A DNA stretch of 64,000 nt from Catajapyx aquilonaris (taxonomy: Eukaryota). How positions within the stretch are numbered: the stretch's first letter is position 1; each line of letters begins with the position of its first letter. Made by a program: the position numbers and the translations under genes. The notes beneath the pieces were generated by a model. The model was not told the DNA's origin. It searched no databases and saw only the letters and a program-made list of their open reading frames with translations. This document shows, piece by piece, positions 39,401 through 50,896 of this stretch. The stretch is taken from the NCBI GenBank assembly GCA_000934665.2, contig JYFJ02000454.1, positions 62,001-126,000 on the forward strand, written 5' to 3'.

Positions 39401-42400
39401 TTGGCTGCATAATGCCCTCCTGGTGGCAAGGGTGAGGGATGACCCCGGCTCTGGCGTCATCCATTAACGTCCGTGCACATGTCACATGTCACTTTGTTTC
39501 AGCCACGTCTCTCTATTTTTTTCCAGAGGTTTGCATGTGGAAAATGGAAGTTTTTTTCCCGAAAAAAACAAAATAAAATCAGATCTAATGTGTGACGTCA
39601 TGGTGGGAAGGCTAGTATGGCGCCCAACCAAATTGCCCATTGTTCAGGTTCAATAAACTTCACTCAGAGTCATCGATTATTCAAATGATTCCTGGCAAAT
39701 CTTTTTTCTCTCACCCCCTGTCCGCGCCCAACTAATTTTTTGTTATTGTTTCTAAGTCACTCCCCCTATGTCCAACGTCCCCTAACTGCAAGGGCGATTT
39801 TTCCTAAAGGGGAAGAAGGGGAAATGACGTGTTCAGGATTGATTAGGAATAGGGGAAAGTGAAATTACGACCCTCTTTTTTATACACATCAAAAGAAATG
39901 GCCTTAAAAATCCTCCCATATTTTCTTATCAAGTTACCCTTTTCCCTTGGGTGAGTTGACTGCAGCATAAAATATCACAAAAATGACGTTTCATCAAGAA
40001 TGAGCTCGCAGGGAAAATGACATCCCAGCTTGCACAGCCCGTATCTAAAGCTTAGATCACCCCCTGAGTCTATTTTTTACATTCTCCCTGTTAAGATTCA
40101 AGCTGTGTCAATTTTGAAGACAGGCAAGGCTGTCATGGTTGTCCAAAGTGAAACCCTCTCAGGACCTAACCCGGTACAAGAATCGCAGGCGTCACCATTC
40201 CCCAGACAATACCGCAATAATGCAACAATAAAATAATCAAATTAAAACCCGCCTACTGGCATATTTCGACCCCGGGTGCAATGGCCCTGGGAATGTCTCA
40301 TTTCGTGACCGTAGTCATGCTGATCCGAGTCTCCCGCCGACTTGGACTTACAGGGTAATAAAACATCATACCCGCCCTTTTGGTGTTCAATGCGGCCTGG
40401 ATGTGCGCGGCCATCTTGGTGCCCTCAGGGGCGAGGTCTCTGGGTGTCGACCTCTGCTTGTATTCCAGTTACGCCCAAGTTCTTCACAACTTAAGCCCGT
40501 TGGGGGATCAATCAACAGGTTCGGCTTGCAACGTGTTGGACAACACTGTAGTACAAGCAGCCGACCAGACGATAGTTTTCCCCGTTAATCCGGTTGGGCT
40601 ACGCGACGCTGCTCCGGACACATTTTCCGGAAAGCTGGCCACGTTCTAAAGCAGCCTACAATGTGGATCAGTCTTTGGGGACATTACTAAATTATTTAAC
40701 ATCAAAAAAATGCCTAATGGCAATGGCATGATAAATCCGACAACCAGGGTCACGAACTTTTGTAAATCTGTGGCTCAGAAATGATGAAGAAGAAGAAAGG
40801 CTAATGGTTCGATGCCCATCCTTAACCGAGGGCTGTCCATCAGAGGAGCTGACGTGTTATAAGATGGCTGCTTTGGCTTGTCAGAGATGGGCAACAGTGA
40901 TCTTGGTCCTCATCCCCTTGACTCTCTGCTGGGCAAACGGGGTGGTGGTTGCAATTGCCCCATTAGTACTGCCAATGGCCATGTTTCCCTCCGGGTTCGA
41001 ACCCGCCCCGATATTCATCTTCTGGTAATTGACAGCCACCAGAAAAGAGGAGACCGTGTTGCAACCTACGCTCAGGCTAAGCACCTGTCCTTTTCCTTAA
41101 AGATTAGAAGGTGTGTAACCAGTGAATATTTAAATTTCATCATATGCATTTTACACAGGAAGGCGACAAATCAACGTCTCTCACACACAACAATCAAGTG
41201 CATTACCCCCATGCTCAAGCACGCTACTGTCTTGCACAACGACAAACCTTATTGTTCTGCGAATAAGATTCCATTATCAGTGGACACGAGAATGGAAACC
41301 ACTTGATATTTCAAGAACCCCCTTAGGAAAAAAAAATTCCCCCCCTCTCTTCATATGAGATAAGCATCACCGGAATAATCCCTGGGTGGTCCCCAACCAA
41401 CGGGAATAATAGCCCCATCCTCTCAAGCTCTGTAAATCAGTTGATTACATTAGCGCGTGAGGGGGCTATCACAAAGTCGCTCTATCTCTCTCTATCTTTG
41501 ATGCTCAGGTATTGCTCATCCGGAGTTTGCTGTTCCGGGTGCGCAACCTGGAAGTCCTGATAACCAATCCAGCGTGACTAGAATACTCCTCTGCACAATT
41601 TTTTTTTTGTGTCTCGCCAATGTTTTTTTCCTCCACCAGCAGCGGTTCCCCAACCTCTCTGTCACCTTCCCCCTTTTAGCCAATCGCAGTCCGACAAGGC
41701 AAATCCGGTAATTCATAGTCTTGCAAGCCCAGAATGCCCCGAGATCCTCCGGGCTTTGGCCTGGCTCGCAGCGGCTGTTGCCGGCATCAAAGGACCCCTG
41801 TATTTCTTCCTCCTTGTTTATTTGGAAAGCGGCCGACATGGTCGGAGAAGACGGGTGTTTGCCGCTGGGGCTGTGCGTACACACCGCCGGTATTGCATAT
41901 ACAGGCATACTTTTCGGATTGATGGGGGATAGTGAACAATCGGCTCTGACATTACCGAAATGTAGGGTTTTTTTTCTTGAGGGTAACAATTGAAATGTGA
42001 CAGCAGCTGTAAGCAAAATTACTGTCATCAGATTCCTAAATAGCAGTAGTCATTGATGCTTATAGGATATCAAGCTAATATTCCTTCCACTAGGGACACA
42101 TTTTATCCTTGCATGATGCAACCCCCGGTACCTTTAATTTTTCAATATTTTATTTCGAGTTATCCACTATTATTACAGGTATTAAAATTCATTCGTGAAA
42201 CAAAGTCCAGTGTAAAGTGCACAAGTGTCGCTTGCACGGCATGTAACCCCCTAGATTGACATTGACTGGAGGGCATACCCATGGAGAAAATTTCTGGTGC
42301 CTCTTTTTTTTCTCTGCTACTCTGGGAATGAAATTTTCCCCAACACTGGCAGCGAATTTGAATCCCCTTCGCTTATTATGGGTGCCGTGATGTGCAGGAC

Positions 42401-42729
42401 AATGCTCGGGTGCATAGCAATGACTCTCCGCATCAGCAAAGCGGGAGAGCTTGAGTGCCCGTCCTTATCTCCTGGGCTGGCTTGCCAATTCAGGTGTCAA
42501 AACTGATAGCAACGGGGGCCTCCAGCACGGGGCTTTCAGCAATTCACATGCACTCTGCCAGTCATCCTACCCATTTTCTGTGGTGGCTGGTAGAGGACCA
42601 GGTTGCTCCAAATGGCAGGGCGGACATTACTCCAAATACGGTGTGTTATCGGCCTCTGAGTGACATTCATTGGCCTTACACAAACTTTAATCGACAATAA
42701 TTATCCCGTTATGCCGCTCATTTTCTTAC

Positions 42730-42872
42730 AAATTAGTGCGCTTCATAAACATCTGCAGATAAGGCTCATTAGCAGATATGGAACTAATAGCTCTTCATTT
42801 AATGGCCAGATCAATAGCCGGAAATGATTTAAGCCAACAATTGAATCTGGCATGTTGAAAAAGTGGGACGAA
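42730..42872 (+). pseudogene. Possible decayed PR/SET (PRDM-like) domain exon fragment
   Basis: Manual translation with one frameshift near 42798 gives KLVRFINICR*GSLADMELIAL(Q)FNGQINSRK*FKPTIESGMLKKWDE. This is colinear with the PR-domain motif RYVNCAR..EQNLVAFQY..QI.YR..K.I.PG.ELLVWYGDE. It contains two stops. Confidence 0.35.
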
Positions 42873-43033
42873 ATCGTTGGGATGTCTGGTTATTTTGAAG
42901 CAGTTACTTTGCATGGTTACGTATCAAAAGTATTATTGTAGCCAATATTTTTATATCGTCTACATACAATTTTGGTGGAGGCATTTATATCACTGTAAGT
43001 ACCATTTTTTGACAGCTAGTCCTCAAAATTCAT

Positions 43034-43074
43034 AATGAGCCAGCAAGCCAGGATTTTCTGCTTTCACTAGCATG
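43034..43074 (-). repeat. Interspersed repeat core, copy D
   Basis: aatgagccagcaagccaggattttctgctttcactagcatg is the reverse complement of copy B at 39/41. Confidence 0.9.
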
Positions 43075-45085
43075 GTAAGGTCAAATCTTTGCTGGTTTCA
43101 CTTGTAGGCCCCCGTTATAGTATTATCGAACTACTGAAGTGACTAATTTATCGGGAAGTGTGTACCATAGGTCCAGATCAATCCCCGGATTAATTGAGGG
43201 GTAAATAAATTGGCCCATTTCTGTTTATAGGGCACACTGTTATCGCTGCCCTGACCCACCAGAAGAAAATGGCACTGAAGCCATTAGACTCACAAAACTC
43301 CCTCCTTTCCCACCGCCCAACTCTTTGTCCAAATATTCATTACACTAGCCCCTATCGAGGTCGGACACACGAGTCCGGATTGTCAGCTTCAATTGTTAGA
43401 CTCCGCCCTATTGTTGGAACTGCCTCTATCGAGAAAACCCCACGGAAAAGGGGGGGATATTATTGTTCCTCCCTATCCCTCCCATCCCGTTTTCTGTTTG
43501 GGATATAGGGGAGACCAGGCACGTGTCCTGACAATGAGAGGGGCAGGAGGCAGTTTTGGTGGTTATCATCTCGGGGTGGGAACGGTGTTGTGACACCAGG
43601 AGGGGAGGACGTCGTCTGGTTGTCCTCAGGGGTATTTACAGCATTGTGTCGTGTCAAACATGGCGGTATGGACACATCGGGAGGTCCCCAAGAAAAAAGG
43701 GGTCGAATCTAGTAGAAATAAAAATAACAGAGGGGGGAAAGTGCTCAGTACGTAGCCTGGGAAATTGTTGCCTTGTTGTTGACGCAGAGGTTTAGTGGTA
43801 TTTGTTGTGACAAGAGAACGTTTAGCCCCAGGGTGAATAATGCACCATGCGGTGGATTCGCACGTATTTTACACTATGCGAGCGTGATGCGGCAAGCCAT
43901 GCGCAATGCTATATGTGGCGGTACATGATGCTGGAATTACCATCCGAGTTATATACATGACAAAATACCAAACCTCCCACGTCATTGTTTTTCCTCCCTG
44001 GTCGCAGTTAATTGAAACGAAGATCCGCCGGTTTCCTTCCCATACGACACATTCCGTCCACCATGACTCAATGGCAGAGTCGGAGGGGGGTTTAGTTCCC
44101 CAAAATTCCCCTCTCACCCCATCGCCACATGGAATCCGTAATGTAATATTCCCTCGGCTGGCTTTGGAAGTCGCAACTCTCATTCTCGCCATGCAGCAGA
44201 TGATAGGGGGTGGCATCATGTCCTTCCCCGTCACACATGGCTCGAGTTACAACCCGGCTTGCGTCAGATCCTGCAATGGATGGTTACCATCAGTCACTTG
44301 CAACATATTGGCTGGAAAAAGTTGGAAGCTTGGGTTCACATGCTTGTCTTTTAAACCCGAGGTATTGTCCAGAAAGAAAAAGCTGGGTGACACCAAAGTC
44401 CTGTGCCCGGCCATTTAATTTGCAGCCATGTTTCCTATTCGCTCGCAGCAACTTGGGGACGAAACGTGGCTTCCCCATTAACCCAGCCCGCATTCGCTCA
44501 TTAACATGAATGGCCGGGAGGATTGCGAGGACTACCCACACCCAACCCCACCCCCAGCAGCGAACGGTCCGACACAAAGGGACCTCCGGATTGCACCTCC
44601 CCCACCCCAACGGACATTATCTCCAGCCGGACACCATTAGGTCATCCAGAGGGAAAAGGGACGAAATGTCACTGTGAGATGCTGCTACTGAAATCTATTG
44701 AAAAATTCGGCAAAATTTCTCCTCCCCCTTTTGCCATCATGTGCCAGTTCGTACTATACAATGAAAGGGGGAGAGACGTGGTAATGAGAAGATCCATCCG
44801 GGGTTAGTCATCCGCTGGATTCATTTCTTCAGCCCTGAGGATTTGGCCGATTCCTAAAGCCCAATCTGATGTCATCGCTGATGATAATATTATTCCGAAA
44901 GGTTCGGTCCTAAGCCCTCATTCCGTTACCGAGCAGGAAGCATTACAACTGACAATATTGCCCGAATCTCTCTCAAGGCATTAATCCCACGCGATTTATG
45001 AACTTGTTCTCGCCTACTGTGCACCGCACACCTCAATATTTTACAGGTTTGGATTGACGTCACCATTCTCGAGCAAAGGGCAGTG

Positions 45086-45173
45086 TAAATAAATGAAGCT
45101 TAATCTGGACCAAACATGGTGGCGCCCGTTTTAAATAAATGAACCTTAATCTGGATCAAACATGGCGGCGCCC
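45086..45173. repeat. 42-bp tandem duplication (period 46)
   Basis: taaataaatgaagcttaatctggaccaaacatggtggcgccc vs taaataaatgaaccttaatctggatcaaacatggcggcgccc, 39/42. Confidence 0.92.
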
Positions 45174-48100
45174 ATGGGTTCATCCTATATAGTTTTAGTT
45201 TTATTTTTTTTGTAAACAAGGCATTGCAATCACGTGCAACACCAGACCTTTTTCAGGAGCCATTGATAGGCGTTTCAGGCTCAGCTCAACCCCAGGAGCG
45301 GTTGCATTCCATTGTTTCGAACCCGTTGATTTCCCTCTCCTTCCACCACCACCAAAGCACTACCCTTCCATCAACTTCATCACAAGAATGCACTATAAGC
45401 CTCACCTTGTCACTAAATTACCTTTTACTTTCTCATTACCCCTGCCTCAAAGTCGGCCACCGGATAAAACATTGCCGGCACGTACACTTCGGGACCGTGG
45501 AAAGGACTCTGGTAGCATCCCTAACAATTGATTACCATTCGCCTTTGTAATTTAATTAACCCAGGGGGTAGCAATTAACCTCGGTGGATGCCACGGCTCC
45601 CTACATATATACACCAGATCCCCCTGCCCCTCAAGCTGAATCTTGGACAGCAAAATGCTTCGGATATTTTACATCGTAAAATATGCAATTTTGATGTTAT
45701 GATGTGATTTCAGACATGTCCAATACGTAGCCAATTCCCCCCCGAAAAATGTCCGCTCAGAAAACAGTAGGCTATAAAACCTGGAAGAATCAGATCGTGA
45801 CATTGATACGGTCGTATACTTCCCTGTTTGTCTATCTGGCAGGACAATGATTCACACGACGTTATATGGGCATACCGGTTCCCAAGCGCAGCTCCCGAAA
45901 AAAAAGTAGCCAATAAGAAACGGAAAAAAAATATAAACTTTCATCTCCAGGAGCATCCTCCGGAGAATTTTGTTTACAGCTTTCCAATTCCGGCACAGGC
46001 CATTGAATTGCCCGCCAATTCGACTTTTTGTTTTTTGACTCCAGAAAATTGCAACCATTTACGCGCCTCGATACAGTCTAAAAAAATTTGCATGCCCCAC
46101 CCATCCACCCACCTAGAATAAAAATAAAAATGGGAGTCATCAAAGCCGAAATGCAGGCGGATTTTTAAAGCCCCCTAGACAATAAGACCTCCCTAGTAAC
46201 TACACGCTTCCTTTCTCTGATTGAATCAATAGAAATGAATCGTCGGCACAAAAGGTTACTGGGCCCGTAAAAAATGGGGGCTATTCCTATGCTTCGAGAG
46301 AGCGCTCAATGAGAAGTAATCGCGCATGGGAATTACACCTGATTCGGCCCCAGGAAGTCGCCTTTGAAACAATGGCCATCTTCTGGAAAAAAAGAAGAAG
46401 AAGGCTGGTTGGTGGAGCAAGGAAGAAGAGAGGGGGAGGTGAAATACCTTTTCGGCCATTTACAGGATTTATTTCAATTGCACGTGGGCCGAATCTAGTC
46501 TTAGGTGGTTCCCATGGCGATTCATTTCTATACACTAAGATGCACAAAGCAGCACGTGGCAATGTTTCAGCATGTACGTACTAAAGGGACGAAATTAGGG
46601 CCATACATACATTAAAACGAAAATTATCAGCGACATTTTTGAATCAAATATGGCCGCCGAGCGTAATGTCAACTGTTTGTATAACATTGAACTGTGAACA
46701 GTACAACTTAAATGCTCCAAAAATGTCTTTTCACATCTCGTCACATAAACCTCGGTGAAGTGTCAGCGACATCTCATCTTCAGACACGCCTGGTGACGAC
46801 CACTGTTTCACGCCCCCTGCCCGATGACAACACAAAGATATAAACACATCGTCTTGGTCCACCTCCCACCTAAAGACCACCATCGGACGAGTCACTTCCG
46901 TTTGCCCCATTCACTAACCTCCCGTCAGTCACCAAAAAATATCCAAGATGGGCCAACAAGATGGCGTCACACTTTGTACGCCCCTATCATCAGGTCGCTC
47001 CCTACAATCAAGAAATGTTTATAATTCAAAGGAATCAACAAGTTGAGACGTTCCTCTGTCACGTAACCCAATACCCGCATCCTAGACTGATAAAACAAGC
47101 AAACAAAAACTCGTGTCATTGTTTATTTGGAGGGGTCCCTGCTTATCGCTCATCGGCATCATTGTTGGATTATTTTTATTCCCCCAAAGCAGCCGCTTAG
47201 ATCTAAAGAAGTGCTTAAGTTCATTCTTACGACTACCGGAGCCACATTTATAGGCCCCAAAAAACCGGTTTCTCCACAACCCTCGACTTCAATATGTGCG
47301 AAATAAACTAACAGATTACCTCACTTAAATTCCTGTGTTTTCTGCACATAATTTGGCAAATACTTTGCGAACTGGTAGCTCAGGCTACGGGACAAGACTG
47401 GATGGAAAAAAAACCGGTGTTGGCTTGCACATAATAAAAAGAGATCCCGCTTAAGAAAAAAAATAAGAAAAAAAAATCAAGGAGGGAGGAAAAGATTTCC
47501 TCTCCAAACAATTTCTTAATTGCATTCTTTCGCACGTGTTTCGACTATCAAGACCCGATCAAAGGAACATAATGAAGGGCTTCATACCGGCCACGTTGGA
47601 CCATGGTCACATTTTCCGAGTTCCCTTCTGATCGCCACGATCATCACCACTTCCATTACCCTCTCTCGGGGGGTGGAAATTCATTTCGAATTATAATGCG
47701 CTGGGAAGGCAACGACTATCGATGGAATTGGGTTGGAGGGGATGAACAACGCAATAAGTCCTGATGAGGTAGAGAGAGGAAGTAGGGAATTTTTTTTTTC
47801 CAGGCGGGGGGAGGGGGAGGGTAGATATGACGGTCATTATGCGTCTCCTTTTTGGTGGAAAAATCGAAAAGTGAGCGCATTTGATATGGGCGTCTATTTA
47901 CTCCTCGGGGGCAGGCTCCCGTTGGGGTTGACGTCAATGCCCGGAGGTTTTTCCAGGGCCAGAGTTGGGGGCATGGACCGATGACAAACCCTCAGGCGCT
48001 TGTAAAACCACCCAGCGTGAACAAGTAGGACAGAAATGCACAAATCCAATACTGCAATCCGGTGGATAAAAAAAATTGCGACTTCAAGGAACCAGTGACG

Positions 48101-50881
48101 TCAATCCTGCTGGCCAATCGGGCTGAATTCATTCATTTAATATTAATTCACGAATAATAACTGAAAAAATCAAGGAGTGTAATTTCCTCCCAGCAAACTA
48201 TTCAGAGTTCTCCAACAAGCAAGACTAAACAGGATGGCAACATGTTCCTCCGAAGCGGAGCCTTATTTTTGCAGAAGCAAGAAACACCTCCATGGTATGA
48301 TTTAACTAATTAAACAAGATCTAGAGCAGCAGCCCGGCAGTATAACTGTGCAGCTTATATCCTGAGGGGATAAGGAAAGGATTATGAAGATGGATAACGT
48401 GGGGGTCCCGGGTTCATTCTGTAGTTATGGACTAATCAGTGGAGACGGCCCCAAACTTAGCTTACATTTAAATCACTTTCCGGTTTCGCACTTAGCCCGT
48501 ACTAGGGAGGGTGTTTCAACCAACAATTTATCACCGAACTTGGGCCTATTTAGGCAATTAGTTTAATACGTGGGTTGGGCCCCCCATTCTCACCACTCTT
48601 CTTTTTTAGGTGGGGAGTATAGGGCATGTGTGACCTTCCCTTCGCCACCTGTCACCATGCAAATGACATGCGGATTTTAATCCGGGGGCTTAACTTTCCT
48701 TGGACGGATTATGTCAGGATGACTGGGATGGATCTCCTTTTGTAGTGCGCTGCATGGGAGTCTATTGCGCCAATTACCGGCCCTCCTCGGATGGTGATGA
48801 TGGCCGATAAGAGGGCTTGAGCCCGAGCTGCTCGTTATGAACTCTCATCAGGTGTCAATAAGGACCTAATGAATTTCCATGCCAATGAATCCTTGGCGGA
48901 TATTGGAAAGTGCAGGGCGGGAAAGTGACGGGGGGGACCAAGTTTCTGTCAAGGCTCATGCCCTTTAACAAATGATGTTATAGGATTTTAGAGTATGTGC
49001 ACTTGCACTTTTTAAGCCTGGTTTCTGATTTAAAATTGAGGTTTTTTTTATAGCCTACACTGGTTGGATCGGATTTATGAGCAGATGGGTGTGATTCATT
49101 TTTATGACGTGTAAAAAAAACATATTGTCACCTTATTCTGTAAGCAGTTATACGTGCAATATTAGTTATGAAATTGACGAAAAAATAATTACAAATTGCG
49201 CCAGATGTAGTCCGGACCCTGACAGGACGAAAACTACTCAAACAAATTTACAGAAAGCCTCTTATGGGGTCCAAATAACATTTCATAATTTGGGCATGTT
49301 ACCAAACAAATATGTGGCGACGGTTACACCAAAAGGCACTAGAATTTGGCCAAAAAGAACAGGTTGGCATACGGTTCTGTCATCCTGAACAAATGCACAA
49401 GGCCAGTGGGAAATGATACGCCATGCAGTTATGAGATTGCCGTCATAATTAGCCGCGACTAACATATTATAAACGAAGTAATTCCAGCCTTAAATAAGTT
49501 CTGGTCCACTAACCATAACTGAGCAATTCTTCATATTAAGCCTGCCATTTTTTTCCCTTCTAACCCATACAGATGATGACGTGGTTTGGGGAGGGTTCTA
49601 AATGAAGAAAAATTCTATGTTGCGTCTCAATTGGATTAGATTGGAACCGTCACACAAGGGGGTTCGAACCAAGCAACGAAACAGCGCCCATGCTCATTTC
49701 GTGCAGCGTGAAATGAGAATCTGGGCATTTGTTATGGATTAAAAAATAAAAAAAGGGAAGAGGGTTAGTTCTCCCCCTATATGTTAAGTGCTAGGACCTT
49801 AATATAAAAGTTCGGGACAGGCTATATCATGGAGACAAGCGTCACCCCCAAAGTCTCTCCCCCACCTTTTTTTGTCACTCCTGTCCTACTCCGCCTTTCA
49901 GTCTCTTGCCTAAGCTTTTGTGTCGCTCCACTAAATCCCTCTTATTGCTTCAAGGGGGTTCGTTTATATGGGTCTTGGAGCTGCCTCATCTGATCGACAT
50001 GATGGGCTGACTAATACACGTCCATGATGGAACTTGTTGCCGGATTCACACCGAAAAGATCTTGTCATTAAGGATTCAGGGGCAGATGTTTTTTGGGATC
50101 TGATGCAGATGGTGCTGAGCACAATCTCTTTTTTATTCTGAATATTTTAACAGTGCTTATGTTATGTTTATAAAATTTTTAGGGCTTTATGTGCCAGATG
50201 TCTTGCACTGGAGTGATACTTCCGCATGAGTGTATTCAAGGCGGAATTATAATGCAAGAGGTACAGTGTACTTGTTACAGTAAATTCATGAGTCTGTTTA
50301 TCATTCGATAATATTAAGCTGAAATTCCACTTTAAAAGTAACGTACAGTTATAATTATCGGGATGAAGACAAATGAAGGAAAATCTCTGAGCAAATTATA
50401 GTATTGACAATCCTAAACCATTAATATTTCTCTTTCTGGCAGTAATTTTGAGTGACTTTGGGGAGCCCATTCTACCATTCTAAATGTCAAATCTGAGTGA
50501 GGTACTATTTAACTTTTAGTGAAGAATATCTGATAATTCGAATAAAATAGAGAAGTGATAATAATCCACAGATGATGTTGAATTTTATGGGAGATCTAAA
50601 AATTACCAAACTTTTGTAGTCAAAAAACAATGAAAACCATTTTCGAGAGTATAGATCTGGAGCCACAAAACTTTTCAACTTCTGACTGAGACTCTGGTGA
50701 AATCACGATCAGGATGGTGAACTGAACAATTCAGTGCAAAGTGAGGAAGTCGTTACTTTGTTGAGCCCAGCAACCAGTAGAGAAACTATAATTCTGTCAG
50801 GCGCATGTGTCCTTACATTTCATCTATTTAAAGTAGCTACAGAAACGATCCATAAATTCTTATTTTACACTGAGACCTTCA

Positions 50882-50896
50882 TGCACCACCCTGTAT
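50882..50896 (-). mobile_element. Solo right-hand CACCCTG|TA terminus
   Basis: tgcaccaccctgtat is the exact reverse complement of 29151-29165 (atacagggtggtgca). Confidence 0.35.

Noticed and set aside
40992..41005. tRNA or tRNA-SINE at CGGGTTCGAACCCG (B-box-like; similar at ~49660)
   Set aside because: I could not find a properly spaced A-box, cloverleaf or SINE tail.
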